A stretch of DNA of 64,000 bases from Eledone cirrhosa (GCA_964016885.1 OZ024740.1:359724001-359788000); one strand, 5' to 3'; numbered from the stretch's first letter, positions 54,601-64,000 are shown. Translations and numbers: made by a program. The notes: generated by a model from the letters alone, not told the origin.

Positions 54601-54730
54601 TTAATATAGCAGTACTACTCACGTCCAGTCATAGACAGAATCAAATGTGAATGTCCGATGCACATCACCAGGAACAGATTTTGGGTTTCTTATTTCAATG
54701 ACTCCCCTATTAGGGTACATATCAACAACC
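7055..54730 (-). CDS. KIF3B: Kinesin-2 motor subunit, KIF3B/KRP95-like; spliced gene, 21 coding exons in window, N-terminal exon missing
   Basis: Manual splicing gives a continuous ORF with P-loop GQTGTGKT, switch I NEHSSRSH, switch [27 protein letters not shown], neck [25 protein letters not shown], a coiled-coil stalk and the KIF3B-type C-terminus [13 protein letters not shown]. All introns are GT-AG with matching phases. Confidence 0.95.
7170..8845 (+). mobile_element. RTE LINE 3' fragment, split by a Tc1/mariner insertion
   Basis: [18 protein letters not shown]; 3' UTR with about 46-bp internal repeats; ends aaatggacgttaaatgatgatgat like other RTE copies in the window. Confidence 0.8.
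7435..8301 (-). mobile_element. Tc1/mariner-superfamily DD37D (maT-like) transposon, internally deleted
   Basis: TIRs cagggtgcggacgatat[t/c]tgttcg at both ends, flanked by TA; transposase WQQDSVPYH...[12 protein letters not shown] with 37 residues between the second and third D. Confidence 0.9.
9522..10385 (+). mobile_element. 5'-truncated RTE-like LINE (second family) with 9-bp TSD aactctttc
   Basis: [14 protein letters not shown]...FKYLE RT motifs; gaagaagag tail; aactctttc at 9513-9521 and 10386-10394. Confidence 0.82.
10395..10858. mobile_element. Two head-to-head copies of an about 240-bp TTAA-flanked (piggyBac-like) MITE
   Basis: Termini ttaa-c[c/t]cttt ... aaaggg-ttaa; shared TTAA at 10629-10632; further copies at about 17788-18033, 20960-21205, 27672-27900, 52512-52764. 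Confidence 0.65.
11975..12275 (-). mobile_element. Degenerate RTE 3' fragment with internal tandem duplication
   Basis: [10 protein letters not shown]...GRPKK; acccaaccatctcattccatttctct occurs twice. Confidence 0.65.
13260..13790 (-). mobile_element. Highly decayed non-LTR retroelement C-terminal fragment (possibly R4/Dong-like)
   Basis: Broken frames loosely resemble a restriction-like endonuclease region; weak. Confidence 0.3.
14048..14101 (-). CDS. KIF3B: KIF3B-like small exon (54 nt): [18 protein letters not shown]
   Basis: ccccccactcaatag acceptor, AG|gtaggt donor; phase 2-2 and open in frame. Confidence 0.8.
14270..14409 (-). CDS. KIF3B: KIF3B-like exon (140 nt): [46 protein letters not shown]
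   Basis: ttcacag acceptor, gtcagt donor; conserved [28 protein letters not shown]. Confidence 0.94.
15060..15162 (-). CDS. KIF3B: KIF3B-like exon (103 nt): [34 protein letters not shown]
   Basis: tatttag acceptor, gtttgt donor; KRPVSA tail motif. Confidence 0.93.
15500..16200 (-). mobile_element. Degenerate RTE-like APE endonuclease fragment
   Basis: GFLLS...IIGD.NAQIG...[25 protein letters not shown]...SNHCVV. Confidence 0.75.
16509..16622 (-). CDS. KIF3B: KIF3B-like exon (114 nt): [37 protein letters not shown]
   Basis: attacag acceptor, gttagt donor; conserved IIENFIP...FDE.E..W. Confidence 0.94.
17088..17309 (-). mobile_element. TTAA-flanked MITE, second family; other copies at 55233-55458 and 60016-60150 on +
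   Basis: ttaaccctttagcatttaaacc...aagggttaa termini; three homologous copies. Confidence 0.7.
17613..17731 (-). CDS. KIF3B: KIF3B-like exon (119 nt): [40 protein letters not shown]
   Basis: ttttcag acceptor, gtaaga donor. Confidence 0.94.
18480..20000 (-). mobile_element. Fragmented RTE-like LINE (RT and 5' region) with an embedded SINE tail
   Basis: [20 protein letters not shown] motif; decayed flanks. Confidence 0.6.
20165..20503 (-). mobile_element. tRNA-derived SINE with RTE-derived 3' tail
   Basis: Minus strand: A-box tggcttagtgg, B-box gagttcaattc, core ccttgagcaaggcacttt, then a tail matching the RTE 3' end at 56236-56500; second copy at 39850-40168. Confidence 0.82.
20526..20779. 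mobile_element. TTAA-flanked MITE containing a 39-bp tandem duplication
   Basis: ttaa-ccttctagcat ... atgctaaagag-ttaa; acagaatgtctttcttagtgtcatcatttgacacatac occurs twice. Confidence 0.55.
20794..20913 (-). CDS. KIF3B: KIF3B-like exon (120 nt): [40 protein letters not shown]
   Basis: gttaaag acceptor, gtaaga donor; conserved SLQQEVxxKTKKLKK. Confidence 0.93.
21225..21740 (+). mobile_element. Decayed CR1-like LINE 3' fragment
   Basis: [17 protein letters not shown] and WNSLPAVV motifs. Confidence 0.55.
23690..24124 (+). mobile_element. Decayed Tc1/mariner (maT-like) 3' half
   Basis: [11 protein letters not shown]...[14 protein letters not shown]; ends in TIR-like acacaccctg-ta. Confidence 0.7.
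24833..24937 (-). CDS. KIF3B: KIF3B-like exon (105 nt): [35 protein letters not shown]
   Basis: tttacag acceptor, gtaaat donor; conserved KIF3B [21 protein letters not shown]. Confidence 0.95.
25110..25485 (-). mobile_element. RTE RT C-terminal fragment
   Basis: [16 protein letters not shown]...[21 protein letters not shown]. Confidence 0.75.
25708..25800 (-). CDS. KIF3B: KIF3B-like exon (93 nt): [31 protein letters not shown]
   Basis: ttgcag acceptor, gtaact donor; coiled-coil composition. Confidence 0.92.
27301..27653. mobile_element. hAT-like MITE with G-rich tracts and a nested RTE-tail snippet
   Basis: TIRs cagggctggattta / taaatccaaccctg; TSD not clean. Confidence 0.6.
27923..28065 (-). 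CDS. KIF3B: KIF3B-like exon (143 nt), acidic hinge/stalk: [47 protein letters not shown]
   Basis: ctttag acceptor, gtaaat donor. Confidence 0.92.
28833..29157 (+). mobile_element. tRNA-derived SINE with 10-bp TSD ggtataactt
   Basis: A-box tggcttagtgg, B-box gagtttgattc, core ttgagcaagacactttatttcac; TSD at 28823-28832 and 29158-29167. Confidence 0.88.
29548..29612 (-). CDS. KIF3B: KIF3B-like exon (65 nt), basic hinge: [21 protein letters not shown]
   Basis: tttcag acceptor, gtaagt donor; phases fit both neighbours. Confidence 0.9.
30469..30564 (-). CDS. KIF3B: KIF3B-like exon (96 nt), neck: [32 protein letters not shown]
   Basis: cctacag acceptor, gttggt donor; kinesin-2 neck linker and neck coil. 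Confidence 0.95.
31586..31673 (-). CDS. KIF3B: KIF3B-like exon (88 nt): [30 protein letters not shown]
   Basis: tttatag acceptor, gtaaag donor. Confidence 0.95.
32760..33640 (+). mobile_element. Internally deleted RTE (APE piece joined directly to RT C-terminus and 3' UTR)
   Basis: QGDFNGHVG...[12 protein letters not shown] fused to [14 protein letters not shown]; gatgatga tail. Confidence 0.75.
33855..34022. mobile_element. Tc2/pogo-like MITE (about 168 bp) in a (TA)n tract
   Basis: TIRs c[t/c][a/g]tatttccc[a/g]gcg[c/t]c[a/g]aagac; TA on both sides. Confidence 0.72.
34316..34448 (-). CDS. KIF3B: KIF3B-like exon (133 nt): [44 protein letters not shown]
   Basis: ttcacag acceptor, gtaatc donor; also visible in ORF 34245..34520. 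Confidence 0.96.
34640..35250 (+). mobile_element. Decayed RTE fragment, same family as 9522-10385
   Basis: [12 protein letters not shown] and [12 protein letters not shown]...EKFKHL homology. Confidence 0.7.
35693..35785 (-). CDS. KIF3B: KIF3B-like exon (93 nt), switch II: [31 protein letters not shown]
   Basis: ctctgaag acceptor, gtaagt donor; DLAGSE motif. Confidence 0.95.
37149..37218 (-). CDS. KIF3B: KIF3B-like exon (70 nt), switch I: [23 protein letters not shown]
   Basis: tatccag acceptor, gtaaat donor; NxxSSRSH motif. Confidence 0.95.
38248..38470 (+). mobile_element. tRNA-derived SINE (gcctttcatcct-core family)
   Basis: Matches copies at 52002-52108, 58372-58556, about 23040-23190 and about 62270-62415. 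Confidence 0.7.
39850..40168 (-). mobile_element. Second copy of the RTE-tailed SINE
   Basis: Collinear and highly similar to 20165-20503. Confidence 0.82.
40650..41700 (+). mobile_element. Decayed RTE APE endonuclease region
   Basis: YKLFWV...[24 protein letters not shown]...YAPQAGL...AGNFNRHVG. Confidence 0.78.
42776..42855 (-). CDS. KIF3B: KIF3B-like exon (80 nt): [27 protein letters not shown]
   Basis: tctacag acceptor, gtatgt donor. Confidence 0.95.
43275..43580 (+). mobile_element. tRNA-derived SINE copy
   Basis: B-box gagtttgattccc and core ttgagcaaaactctttatttcacgttgctccagttcactcagc as in 28833-29157. Confidence 0.7.
44030..44936 (+). mobile_element. mariner transposon, internally deleted and non-functional
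   Basis: TA-flanked TIRs ttaggttggggaataagtcgtgacc / ggtcatgacttattcctcaacccaa; transposase from ATG 44201 to TAG 44859 with RSGRP, WLPHAL and [16 protein letters not shown] motifs; catalytic middle missing. Confidence 0.92.
45105..45188 (-). CDS. KIF3B: KIF3B-like exon (84 nt): [28 protein letters not shown]
   Basis: tttctag acceptor, gtaagt donor. Confidence 0.95.
45637..47318 (-). mobile_element. 5'-truncated RTE LINE with a PHD-type finger inside the RT (copy A)
   Basis: ORF 46047..47228: [21 protein letters not shown]4HC3 cluster, [13 protein letters not shown]; (gat)n tail. Confidence 0.92.
47924..48048 (-). CDS. KIF3B: KIF3B-like exon (125 nt): [41 protein letters not shown]
   Basis: cttttcag acceptor, CAG|gtttga donor; SYLEIY motif. 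Confidence 0.95.
48357..49752. repeat. 39-bp minisatellite, about 36 copies
   Basis: Unit ggtccatggccactaacatccag[tt/ca]gatctactagcag[a/g]. Confidence 0.97.
49755..50200 (-). mobile_element. Decayed RTE-like 3' fragment abutting the 39-bp array
   Basis: Purine-rich minus strand with remnant W.G...R..D.RW...GRPVW pattern. Confidence 0.4.
50305..51052. repeat. About 27-bp minisatellite (acctacaacagctgtgtgataaacact and variants), about 25 units
   Basis: Directly visible; interrupted near 50930-50970 by an RTE-tail snippet. Confidence 0.93.
51060..51540 (-). mobile_element. Decayed CR1-like endonuclease fragment
   Basis: Broken frames with GDFIVV/NLDLF-like remnants; weak. Confidence 0.35.
51618..51742 (-). 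CDS. KIF3B: KIF3B-like exon (125 nt), P-loop: [41 protein letters not shown]
   Basis: ttttcag acceptor, gtatgg donor; Walker A motif. Confidence 0.95.
52002..52108 (+). mobile_element. 5'-truncated SINE with TSD attatttcctga
   Basis: TSD at 51986-51997 and 52109-52120. Confidence 0.8.
52922..54570 (-). mobile_element. 5'-truncated RTE LINE with a PHD-type finger inside the RT (copy B)
   Basis: Collinear with 45637-47318; ORFs 53359..54093 and 54250..54468; about 57-bp internal deletion near 54140. Confidence 0.92.
54623..54730 (-). CDS. KIF3B: KIF3B-like exon (108 nt): [35 protein letters not shown]
   Basis: tttacag|G acceptor, AC|gtgagt donor; kinesin FTFD motif. Confidence 0.92.
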
Positions 54731-56235
54731 CTGTAAACAGTGAATAAGAAATATAAATGTTACTGAATAAATAACAATAAAAGGTAAATAAAAATAGGCA
54801 AAAAATTAATTGACATAATTTAAAAAAAATTCAAACATTCTACTGTCATCCATGATGGGTTTTGGCTAAAAATTATTGAAGCTGGATAATTGAATTTTGA
54901 AAATGTTAGAAAGAAATTGAAAAGAAAATAGTGTATAGAAAAATAGGAAACATATCACACTATAGAATCTTGTAAATACACAATTAGTTAGTGGTACAAC
55001 CTACACCATTAAATGAGATGTAGTGGAGTCTAGTATAGATAAAGCTCTCCCTCATAGCTTATAATGAGATGTTTTTTCTTGTGTGTATGCTAGTTTTTAG
55101 AATAGCTACACCATATCCTTATGTCATAAAACGGCTGGTATCAGGACGGACAACTAGCTATATAACACTACCTCAAGAAATCCCTTTCAACCCTTATCAC
55201 CATGGAGAGGCAGACGTAAAAACAATGATGATTTAACCCTTTAACATTTAAACCTGCTGTATGCGGCCAGAATTTTCTCACCTCTTTCTGTTCAAACTGG
55301 CTGTAACTGACTACTCATACTGATGTTAAGGTATTATTCTCAAAATAAATAATATCAAAATCTCAGATTCGATATTATGTGAGATATTATATGAGATAAA
55401 GCCTTTTCTGAGAAAATACAATAGTAAATATAGAGTAATGTAAATACTAAAGGGTTAAAGTTTAAAACTTACAATATCAATTTTCGAAAAAAAGCTCTCT
55501 CCATTTTATGTTTGTTTCCATGCTGGTATGGATTAAATGTGACTGCAAATTTAAACATTTTTGTTTTCTTGAGGGAGTTACTAGTAAATGCATAAACATT
55601 GTTAATACTGTTGACCATGGAGCCAGTGTTTCATTTTAAATCTGCCATCACCATTGCCCTTAACTCACTATCATTACATTAATCTAATAGTAAATAGGTT
55701 CCATAAAGAGTTCACTTTTGTCAGTGGGAATGAAATAGAAGAGGTTTATAATTGATAAGTGTTTGGTTGAGCCAACACTATCTACAATGAACTGTGCTTC
55801 TTTGGTAAGTTTTATAGAATAGAAGAGTTAAGCATCTTTGTCAGAGATGTACTGAAGTGAACTATCAACATTATAGTTTTGTTGGTAGGCTGGCATCATA
55901 TCAATTTGGTCAGCTGCCACTTATATTAATATACTAAAATAGCAGTAAATATTGATTTCTTTGGTTTAGTCATAAGGCATCAGATTCAAGGTAGTGAGTG
56001 GGTTGTCGTGACATCTGTGCCTTCTACAATGGGTGTAGACATGTTCAGTGTGGTTAAGAAGTTAGCTTTGCATCTAAGATGCTTTCAGTTTCAATCACAA
56101 AGTGTAACACCTAAGGTAAATGTTTTATACCATAGCCTTGAGTCAACCAAAATCTTGATACGGAAATTTGATAGGCAGAAACTGTGTTACAGCTCACAAA
56201 TGAGGGCAGGGGAGAGACTGTTCCTCATCTTGGGT

Positions 56236-57100
56236 CATCATCATCATCATCACCATTTTACGTCTGTTCTTCCACGCTAGCATGGGTTAGACGGGTTGTC
56301 CTGTTGTGGGCAGTGTCTGGTCAGCTGACCATGCCTTGCTCATACAGGAACTGATTTGGCTTGATTTCTACAGCTGGATGCCCTTCCTAATACCAACCTT
56401 ATTTACAGTGAGTGCTGGGTGCTTTTTCGTGGCGCCTACACGTCCACTTTACAGTGTGGGCTGGGTGCTTTTTTGCCGTGGCACCTCCACGACCACCTTG
56501 CAGTGGGGGGTGTGGGGGCATATTGTCTATATGCTTCAGCTTGTACCCATGGGAGGTCGGATACTCTGTATTACTGCGTGACGCCAGAGGTCACGGTCGT
56601 GTGTCATCGCCTTTGAGAGGTGTAATTGGGTAAGGTTGGCTTTTATCACCTCATCCCAGGTCTTCTTGGGTCTCCCCACTCCGCGGTTTCCATCAACTTC
56701 TAGTGCTCTGCACCTTTTTATGCAGCTGTCATCCTTCATACGCATCACGTCCATACCAACGCAACCGCCTCTCCTGCACACAGCATTTGATTCCTCTTAT
56801 GCTCAGTCTCTCTCTCAATTCATTTATGCTTTGTCGTTCGCGTATATTACTATTACACATCCATCGGAGCATGCAGGCTTCGTTTCTCTCTAATCTACGT
56901 AAGTCTTCCACCTTCAGCGCCCAGGTCTCACTACCATGCAACATCGCTGTTCGGATACACGCATCATACAGTCTGCCTTTCATTTTGAGGGAGAAGCCTT
57001 TTGCAGCTAGCAGTGGTAGTAGTTCCCTAAACTTCTTCCATCCCGTTCTTACCCTAGTTATTGTACTTTCTGGGTAGCAGTCTTATTCTGTCACCCAGTG
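56236..57100 (-). mobile_element. RTE LINE 3' fragment, related subfamily
   Basis: [23 protein letters not shown]...RLRWYG...GRPKKTWDEV...HDRDLW; (gat)n tail. Confidence 0.88.
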
Positions 57101-57689
57101 TAACACCATCAGCCAGTCCTTGGCAGAGTCTACTTTGTTGCAAAACACTTGAACCAAATCTTTGGTTTGAGGACACACCTCATCAGTCTTGGGGCTGTGA
57201 AAAGGGTCAGATTACAAATGGCCTTGTACCTACCTACACAAGAAACCAATAATTTTCCATCATGTGTGACCTCTTAACAGTGAGTATCCAGTTTAGAATA
57301 CGTACAACACATCCCTGCATGTTATAAGCAACTAAAAGAATTAGTGCCAGGAAAGGCATCCAGCTATAAAACATTACCTCAAAAAGCCCTATCCAACTCA
57401 TGCCAGCAAAGAAAAGTCAACGTAAAAATGATGATGACCACTAAATTGTAAATGATAACCAACTCATCCAATGAGCAGAAGAATGTGTTAGCCAGTTTTG
57501 ATTTCCAGTTGTAGCTTCTCCAGTTTATTTAATGTCATTGAGAAAAGGTATTGACACCACTACTTGTATTTGAAGGATGATAGAAATAGCGAGCTATTAA
57601 GACACTAAACTACATAGCTATTTCATTCCTTTAATTAGTTGGGCACAAATCTTGCTACAAATAACTCCATTTTCCATCTTTCAAGGGAT

Positions 57690-58110
57690 ATCTCATCATT
57701 TTATGCCTGCTTTTCCATACTTTTCCAGCAACACTCTATTTGTTGTATTCCTTCTTCATCTCTGAACTTCAGCAATTTGAGATCAGCTCTCATCACCTCT
57801 GCCCAGGCCTTCCCCTATTGCAGCTTCCTTCCACTGGGATCTCTTGAGACTTCTTCACCCAGCAATCATCATCCATACACATCAAATGTCCATACCAGTG
57901 CAGTCTTCTCTCTTGCACACTACATTTGATTATACCCAGTTCTTCTCTCAGTTCATTCATGCACATTAACATTGCATATCCACTTAAGCATGATCATTTC
58001 ATTTCTTTCCAGCTTTCACATATCCTCTGCCCATGTCTCTCTACCATGAAATATTGTACATCTCATGCAAGGATCACACCACCAGCCTTTTATTCATAGA
58101 GAAAACCAAA
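57690..58110 (-). mobile_element. Decayed RTE RT C-terminal fragment
   Basis: Remnant LERNE..MLKWICNV...LHWYGH pattern. Confidence 0.6.
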
Positions 58111-58371
58111 ATCATGTTTCACTAGCAAGTAGATGTAACTAGCATCTCCCGAATAAAAAAATATGCAGCACAAGCCAATCAGGGAGCCATTAAGTTGATG
58201 ATTGAGATAGCAAACAAATCTCCATTAATTCACACCCTACTATCTAAAGAAAGCTAAGAACACATTAAGATAATATAATCCTAGGTATCTTTAAAAAGTC
58301 AAGATAGATATGACTGGAATGCTCTTCATCATAGGTTTGCTTGATCAGAGATTAACCTAAAGCTAAATAAT

Positions 58372-58556
58372 TGTTTCTACGTTAGGCACAAGGCCAGCAA
58401 TTATCCAGTGCATTTCTGGTACTTTATTTTATCGACCCCGTAAGGATGAAAAGCAAAGTCAACCTCAGCGGGATTTGAACTCAGATCGTAAAGGGATGTA
58501 ACTATGCTGGAAAGCATGGCGTCCAACCCTCTACCGATACTGCCAATCCACCGCCT
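58372..58556 (-). mobile_element. Full-length tRNA-derived SINE with 13-16 bp TSD (cct)aaagctaaataat
   Basis: Head aggcggtggattggcagtatcggtagag, B-box gagttcaaatccc; TSD at 58356-58371 and 58554-58569. Confidence 0.88.
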
Positions 58557-61299
58557 AAAGCTAAATAATAACAGCAAAAATGTTGTTTGTTTCATTTTCA
58601 AGATTTTCAACTATAACTTCAGATAAAGCTTATTTCACTATTCCCCTCAAAATCTTGTGTAAATGCTACAAAATATCAAACTAAATGCTAGTATCTAATA
58701 TTTAGTTTTGTCTTTAATCATCAAACTTTGACATCAGACATTATGATAAACACAAGTAATACACTGATGTAACATCAAATGACAATGCAGTTTGCTATAA
58801 AAACAAACAAAAACAAAATACTAGACATGCATCTAGGAACCAAAGGAAATCATTATTCCTTATTCACATTAGCTTTTAAATTCAGGAAGAAAAAAAAAAT
58901 TTTAAGAGACACGGTAACGATTTTAGTCTGATGGCTATATCTCAATCAGAGCTGGCAACAAAACATCTCTATCAACAGTAGACACCAAGACTGGGAGGGA
59001 TAATGAGGAAACTAATTAGACAAATACTTAGTAAATCAATTAATTATTCTTTTCCTCACCCATTTAACAAGTTTAAAATTCCGTTTTGTTGAACTAGAAT
59101 AATACTTTCAAGGTCAGCACAACAGGCATAACAGCATATTGTACACTATTTATTATTTTCAACATAGGCTCAATATCTCAATTTCAGAAAGGAAGGATGC
59201 AGTCAATCAAAACAACTACATTATATTCTTCAAAGTTTTTACACATTATCACAATCTCTGGTGATCTCTTATACCAATATCATAGGCCAATGACAAAACC
59301 TTTATGTAGACTAGTTAAAAGCATACATCACAACTACTTTAATCCACTTGTGCAATGTTCCATATTAAATGTATTATCTTGTATGTGATACCCAACATCT
59401 TGAGATATGACCTCTTTTCTAGTTCCTTCCTTTATTTTTCCTTCAATTTTGTATACTATGGATAACATAACTTAAACGCACAATATGGAAGGACATAGTG
59501 AATAATGTAATCTAAAAAAAAATAAAATAAAAATGGATGAACAAGGCTGGAAAATTTTTAATCATGTCTTCTTGATCAGATCAGACTTGACAATGTAACA
59601 AGAATTTCATCTAAAAAACTATACTCCAGCCTAAGCTTGATCCTCTAGAAAGCTCAAGTAAGACATATTTTGGAGAACTGTTTATATATATATATATGGA
59701 AATGTGCTTCTATTACACTCTCACACACAAACATTGTAGACTACACCTAAACAAAGGCTATTCAACTGCATATCAGACATTAACGCCCAACAATACGTCA
59801 ACTTAGCTCACAGCCAAGCTATATTCTCTGTTGGCATCTTCTACAGCAACAACCATTCTCTAATACAGTCATCTGCACACCTCCTTCACATCTTGTTTCT
59901 TCTCCTCTCATCACTCCATACAAAATATTTTTCTTGATCCTTCTTTTGCAGAATTGCAATCTTATAGAATTCCCTCTCTTCCCACATTTTCTTCTACAGA
60001 TATCTTCTAACATGTTTAACCCTTTAGCATTTAAACCAGCTGTATTCAGCCAGAATTCCCTTACCTCTTTCTGTTCAAATCAGCTGTAACTGGCTACTCA
60101 TACTGATGTTCAGGTATTGTTCTCAAAATCTCATAGATTCGATATTATGTGAGGTAAAGCCACAAAAATATAATAGTATATATAGAATAATGTAAATGTT
60201 AAGGGGTTAAACTGAACATCACCCACATTAATTTCACTGGTCTGAGAGAGGCCATAAATGTAATGAGCACAGCTTATTCTTTTGACTAATTATTCTTTTT
60301 TTAAGTTATCAACTCTTCAGTTACTAATGCCATTATCAAAGCATGACCATTAACACTTTTCATTTTCCTTCCCCTATAAAGTTATGGTCTTGTATGGTTT
60401 ATATAAGAATCAATATCATTGCAGCTACTAAAATAGCATAGATGGCTAAAATATTATAGTATACTTATGTAAAAAAAAACATTACATATTGCTAAATTAG
60501 TTCAGGTAAAAACTGTGATACAAATGCAGTATAAGTTTAAGATTTCAAACTCAATGAAAGTCACCGGTATAATGCTTCTAGTTCAAGTACACTTCTTGCC
60601 TCTTCATAAAATTTAGCTAAATGTAATTAGCACCCAGTCAACAAATAAGTAGCTAGATTTTGGGATATACAGGAGCTATTTCTACATGAAGTGCTGGACC
60701 AAGAGGTTTTTTTTCTTTTTTGTTAATAACACTTGTTCCAGCATGTTCATCAATTCAAGTAGCAATGTAATTAATATTAGTTGATGTGTAGCCTAGTCAG
60801 ACTGACCTAGGTAGTAGTTATTGCTATAAAGTATGGTAAATTGGCAGAAACAGTATTTAGCTTTACACTATTTAGTTTCTTCTCTCTATGTTCTGTGTTC
60901 AAATCTTGCTGGAGCCATCTTTTTCTTTCAAACCTATTTTCTTTCAAACCTATTTTATATCTTCAAATACCAACCCATCTAAAACTACTTCTATTAAAGT
61001 GTTCAAATTTAAATCAAACCTTGAACTGAAATGGTATTACTACATACCTGACAATATTAGATTTCACTAGTTAAATGCATTTTGTTATCAAGTTTAAGTT
61101 GAAAGTTAGTTATTTCACTAAACCTCTCATAATTGTTGATTATTTTGATGATCAAAACAAATGCAATAAACACCTGTTAGAAATATGGTCATGAAAAGAT
61201 TAAAGAACCAGTAATAAAACTTAATTTGGGTTTGTTTCTTTCTTTTTATATATTAGTTTGAGAAGAATGGACAATTTCTATAGCGCTTGAGGATGATAA

Positions 61300-62950
61300 G
61301 TAGTAGCTTTCATAACCATTATAAATTCTCCTATGTTGGTGTAAAGGATGTACTGGATGTATCGCTTACATTTTTTTTTATTTTGTTCTTTAACTCTAGG
61401 TCATTCCTAATTGGACACAACTATAATCAGCAGTATTCCAGTCATGATAAAACAGTCCTTTTTTTTTCAGGATAACATCAATCAAAGCACTTTCCTTCCA
61501 GTAAGATTAATCAGTCAACCACAAGACAATAATTGATTATGGAAATTAGCAACAGATAGAAAAGGATTGTCACTGTCTGCTACTGTATCCAAATTATAAT
61601 GAAGATATGTAAAAGATTTTACTACTATTTCTAGTAGGTTGAATGACTGCATAGAAGCTCTCATTAATTTGAACTGTGTATGTTTGATACCTTAAGAAAA
61701 ATGTAAGTTGGGAGTAAATTCCACAGGGTTACAGTTCTGAGGATAAAGGTTTGGATAAATTGCTTAGTATTGGGTTTTAGTGGAAAGAGGTCAGATGTAG
61801 TATGGGGATAAGAAAAGGAAAGTAAGTTAATTTGAGTGGGGGTGGTACTAAGATTGCTAGTTTAATGGCAGGAGCAGGATCATTGTAGTAAGAGTGGAAA
61901 AAACAGAAGGAACTTTTAGTGCATCTAAATGATAGTGATTGTATTTTATCACTTAGTGAAGATTTGCTAATATGTACAATTGCTTTTTTCAGTTGTTTTA
62001 ATGCAATATTGAATGTTTGTTGCAACATCTTAAAAATAGAAGTGACACAGGCCTTGGAAAAGATTTTTTTAAATACATCTTTTTAATCATTTAGCCATTA
62101 GAAAGGTGGTAGTAATCTCATAATCTGGTTCGACTGCTGGCAGCATACTAAACTTAGGTACTGAAGGTGGTGATAATAAACCAAGCATTGGATTAAGTCT
62201 GCCACCTAAAAACTCAGAATGCAAGGCATTTCATATGATGTTCTAACAATTCCACTAATCTACTAGAGTAAACTGGTACTTTGGTTTACCAACTCTGAAA
62301 GGATGAAAGGCAAAGTTGACTATGGTAGAATTTTAACTCAGAATGCAGAGAGCCATAAAATATATCACAAGACATTTTGTTTTATGATCTAATAACTGTC
62401 AACTCTCTGCCTAGCCAAGATGGTGAATTGATGAAATCAATGATCAGCTAAAACGTCTGTAGGAGAAAATATGAGTATGAGAAGAATTCCAGAAGGCTGT
62501 ATACCTGGGTAAAATGTTTGGTGTAGAGTTTAGAGAATGGAATATAGTAGGGATGGAAAGCTGAGTGAGGCCGATATATTAAGTGGGCTTAGAAGTGATA
62601 CCAAGCTTCTACTTCTGAGAAACAGCTGTTGTAATAGCAAAGAATTGTCTATGAACCAATAGCTGTAGTGTATTGGTGAGTGAGTCTATGCCAAATATAA
62701 AATGGATTTTTAAAAAAAATTGTCTAATGTATCGGTGTGTATGTTAGCAGTACTGTGCCCAATATGTAAGCAACATTCTAATCTGAGTGACACCTAAACT
62801 TTGCAGAGAGTCAGCAACTGATTAGAGCTGATGCACTTTCTGGCCCTCAAGAGGAAGCCTAATCTTAGGGAACTGTTTTAGTAATGTTATATATGTGAGC
62901 TTATCGCATTCTGAACAATTTATTATTGCTTCCAAGAAGATAGGTTAGAC
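61300..62950 (-). mobile_element. Fragmented CR1-like LINE remnant with nested SINEs
   Basis: SFCFFHSYYN..AILVPPP resembles the CR1 C-terminal LFYRYY...LVPP region; heavily decayed. Confidence 0.45.
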
Positions 62951-64000
62951 CTAAGCTCCTCACTGAAATCACTGCCAAGCTTGGACTCCATTACAGCACT
63001 TTCATATATGATGAACTATTCTTACAAACCATTCATCCACACATGTAGCTACCTCATAAGTCACAACACTATAATAAATAAAACTATTCAAAAATATCTC
63101 TAACTGAAAAAAATCCAAGAATTTTTGTTGTATGGCGAAGAAACATAGTTCCGTGTTATGGTACAACTCAAATTGCATCCTATCCAACATACGTCTGCTT
63201 TAAAACTTCCAACCATTTGCACAGATTTTCATCTTCCTTTCTTTTATAACAAATCATTCTGCTAATGTTATGTCAGCCATTGAAGATAAAACTTTGCTAT
63301 ACATGATTAGAAAAATGAGATGACTGGGGTAGTACTAGCTGGCTATGATCCTTTCCTCATCTTACCAACACTTGTGGCATCTAGCAATTTCCCACACCCA
63401 TTGTATTATATATTCTTTAATATATTTGGTTCCTCTACTGGTTCTATCAAAAATAGGGGTTCTCTCTATTTCATTTAGAATTTTCTATTTATTGTGAGAC
63501 TTTCAAACTTCTTTCTTTTCACACTCATTAATAATATGTGCACCAACAGTATTTTAGACACATTTACCTCAATGGACAACCTTTTTCAAGCAGTGGGCCA
63601 CATAGGATGTGGCTCATTATAAGGCGGGCCACACTACCAAAATATTTATAAAATAATTTTGAAATTAGGCATACCATTCAGAAAGACAAACAGGCAGAAG
63701 TTTTCCCATGACTGTACTAAGTCATCTTAGTATACACTCTCACAATTCTAGACATTTCAGGCTCCTCAGTTGCTCGGTGAAGAACATTAGGCAAATCTTT
63801 CATTCTTGAAATAATAATTTCTTGATTTGATGGAGGTCAAGAAACAGAGGTGTGTGACATTCATACAGTTTCCAAGGTATTAACAGAGTAAACTTATTTT
63901 AAGCAGAAATCTAAACTAACTGCAGAATCAATTCACCTGTAATGAATTACTGCAATGGATGAGAAGACCCACCTTCCCTTGCACACGGACTCAAATATAC

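Noticed and set aside
54731-64000. First coding exon of the kinesin (expected V.V.VRCRP motif)
   Set aside because: Not found by eye; the segment at 59820-60010 is a decayed LINE end. The exon probably lies beyond the window.

Overview
AT-rich, repeat-dense animal genomic DNA. The SINE/LINE/MITE types and (TA)/(CA) microsatellites suggest a coleoid cephalopod, most likely an octopus (inference). One host gene dominates: a kinesin-2 motor subunit (KIF3B/KRP95-like) on the minus strand. I reconstructed 21 GT-AG coding exons by hand from 54730 down to the stop at 7055 (2143 nt, about 713 aa, splice phases consistent throughout). The first coding exon (about 30 aa) was not found and probably lies beyond 64000. 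Introns and the downstream flank hold RTE- and CR1-like LINE remnants, tRNA-derived SINEs, Tc1/mariner elements (DD37D maT-like and mariner), TTAA-flanked MITEs and two minisatellites. Most notable: (i) two about 1.65-kb RTE copies with a C4HC3 PHD-type finger inserted inside the reverse transcriptase, which share both a 5' truncation point and a premature stop; (ii) an RTE ORF ending in three tandem C2H2 fingers; (iii) a 39-bp tandem array with higher-order structure, open in one frame on the kinesin sense strand; (iv) three long hairpins downstream of the kinesin stop, including a perfect 43-bp stem. No database searches were possible, so novelty claims are hypotheses.
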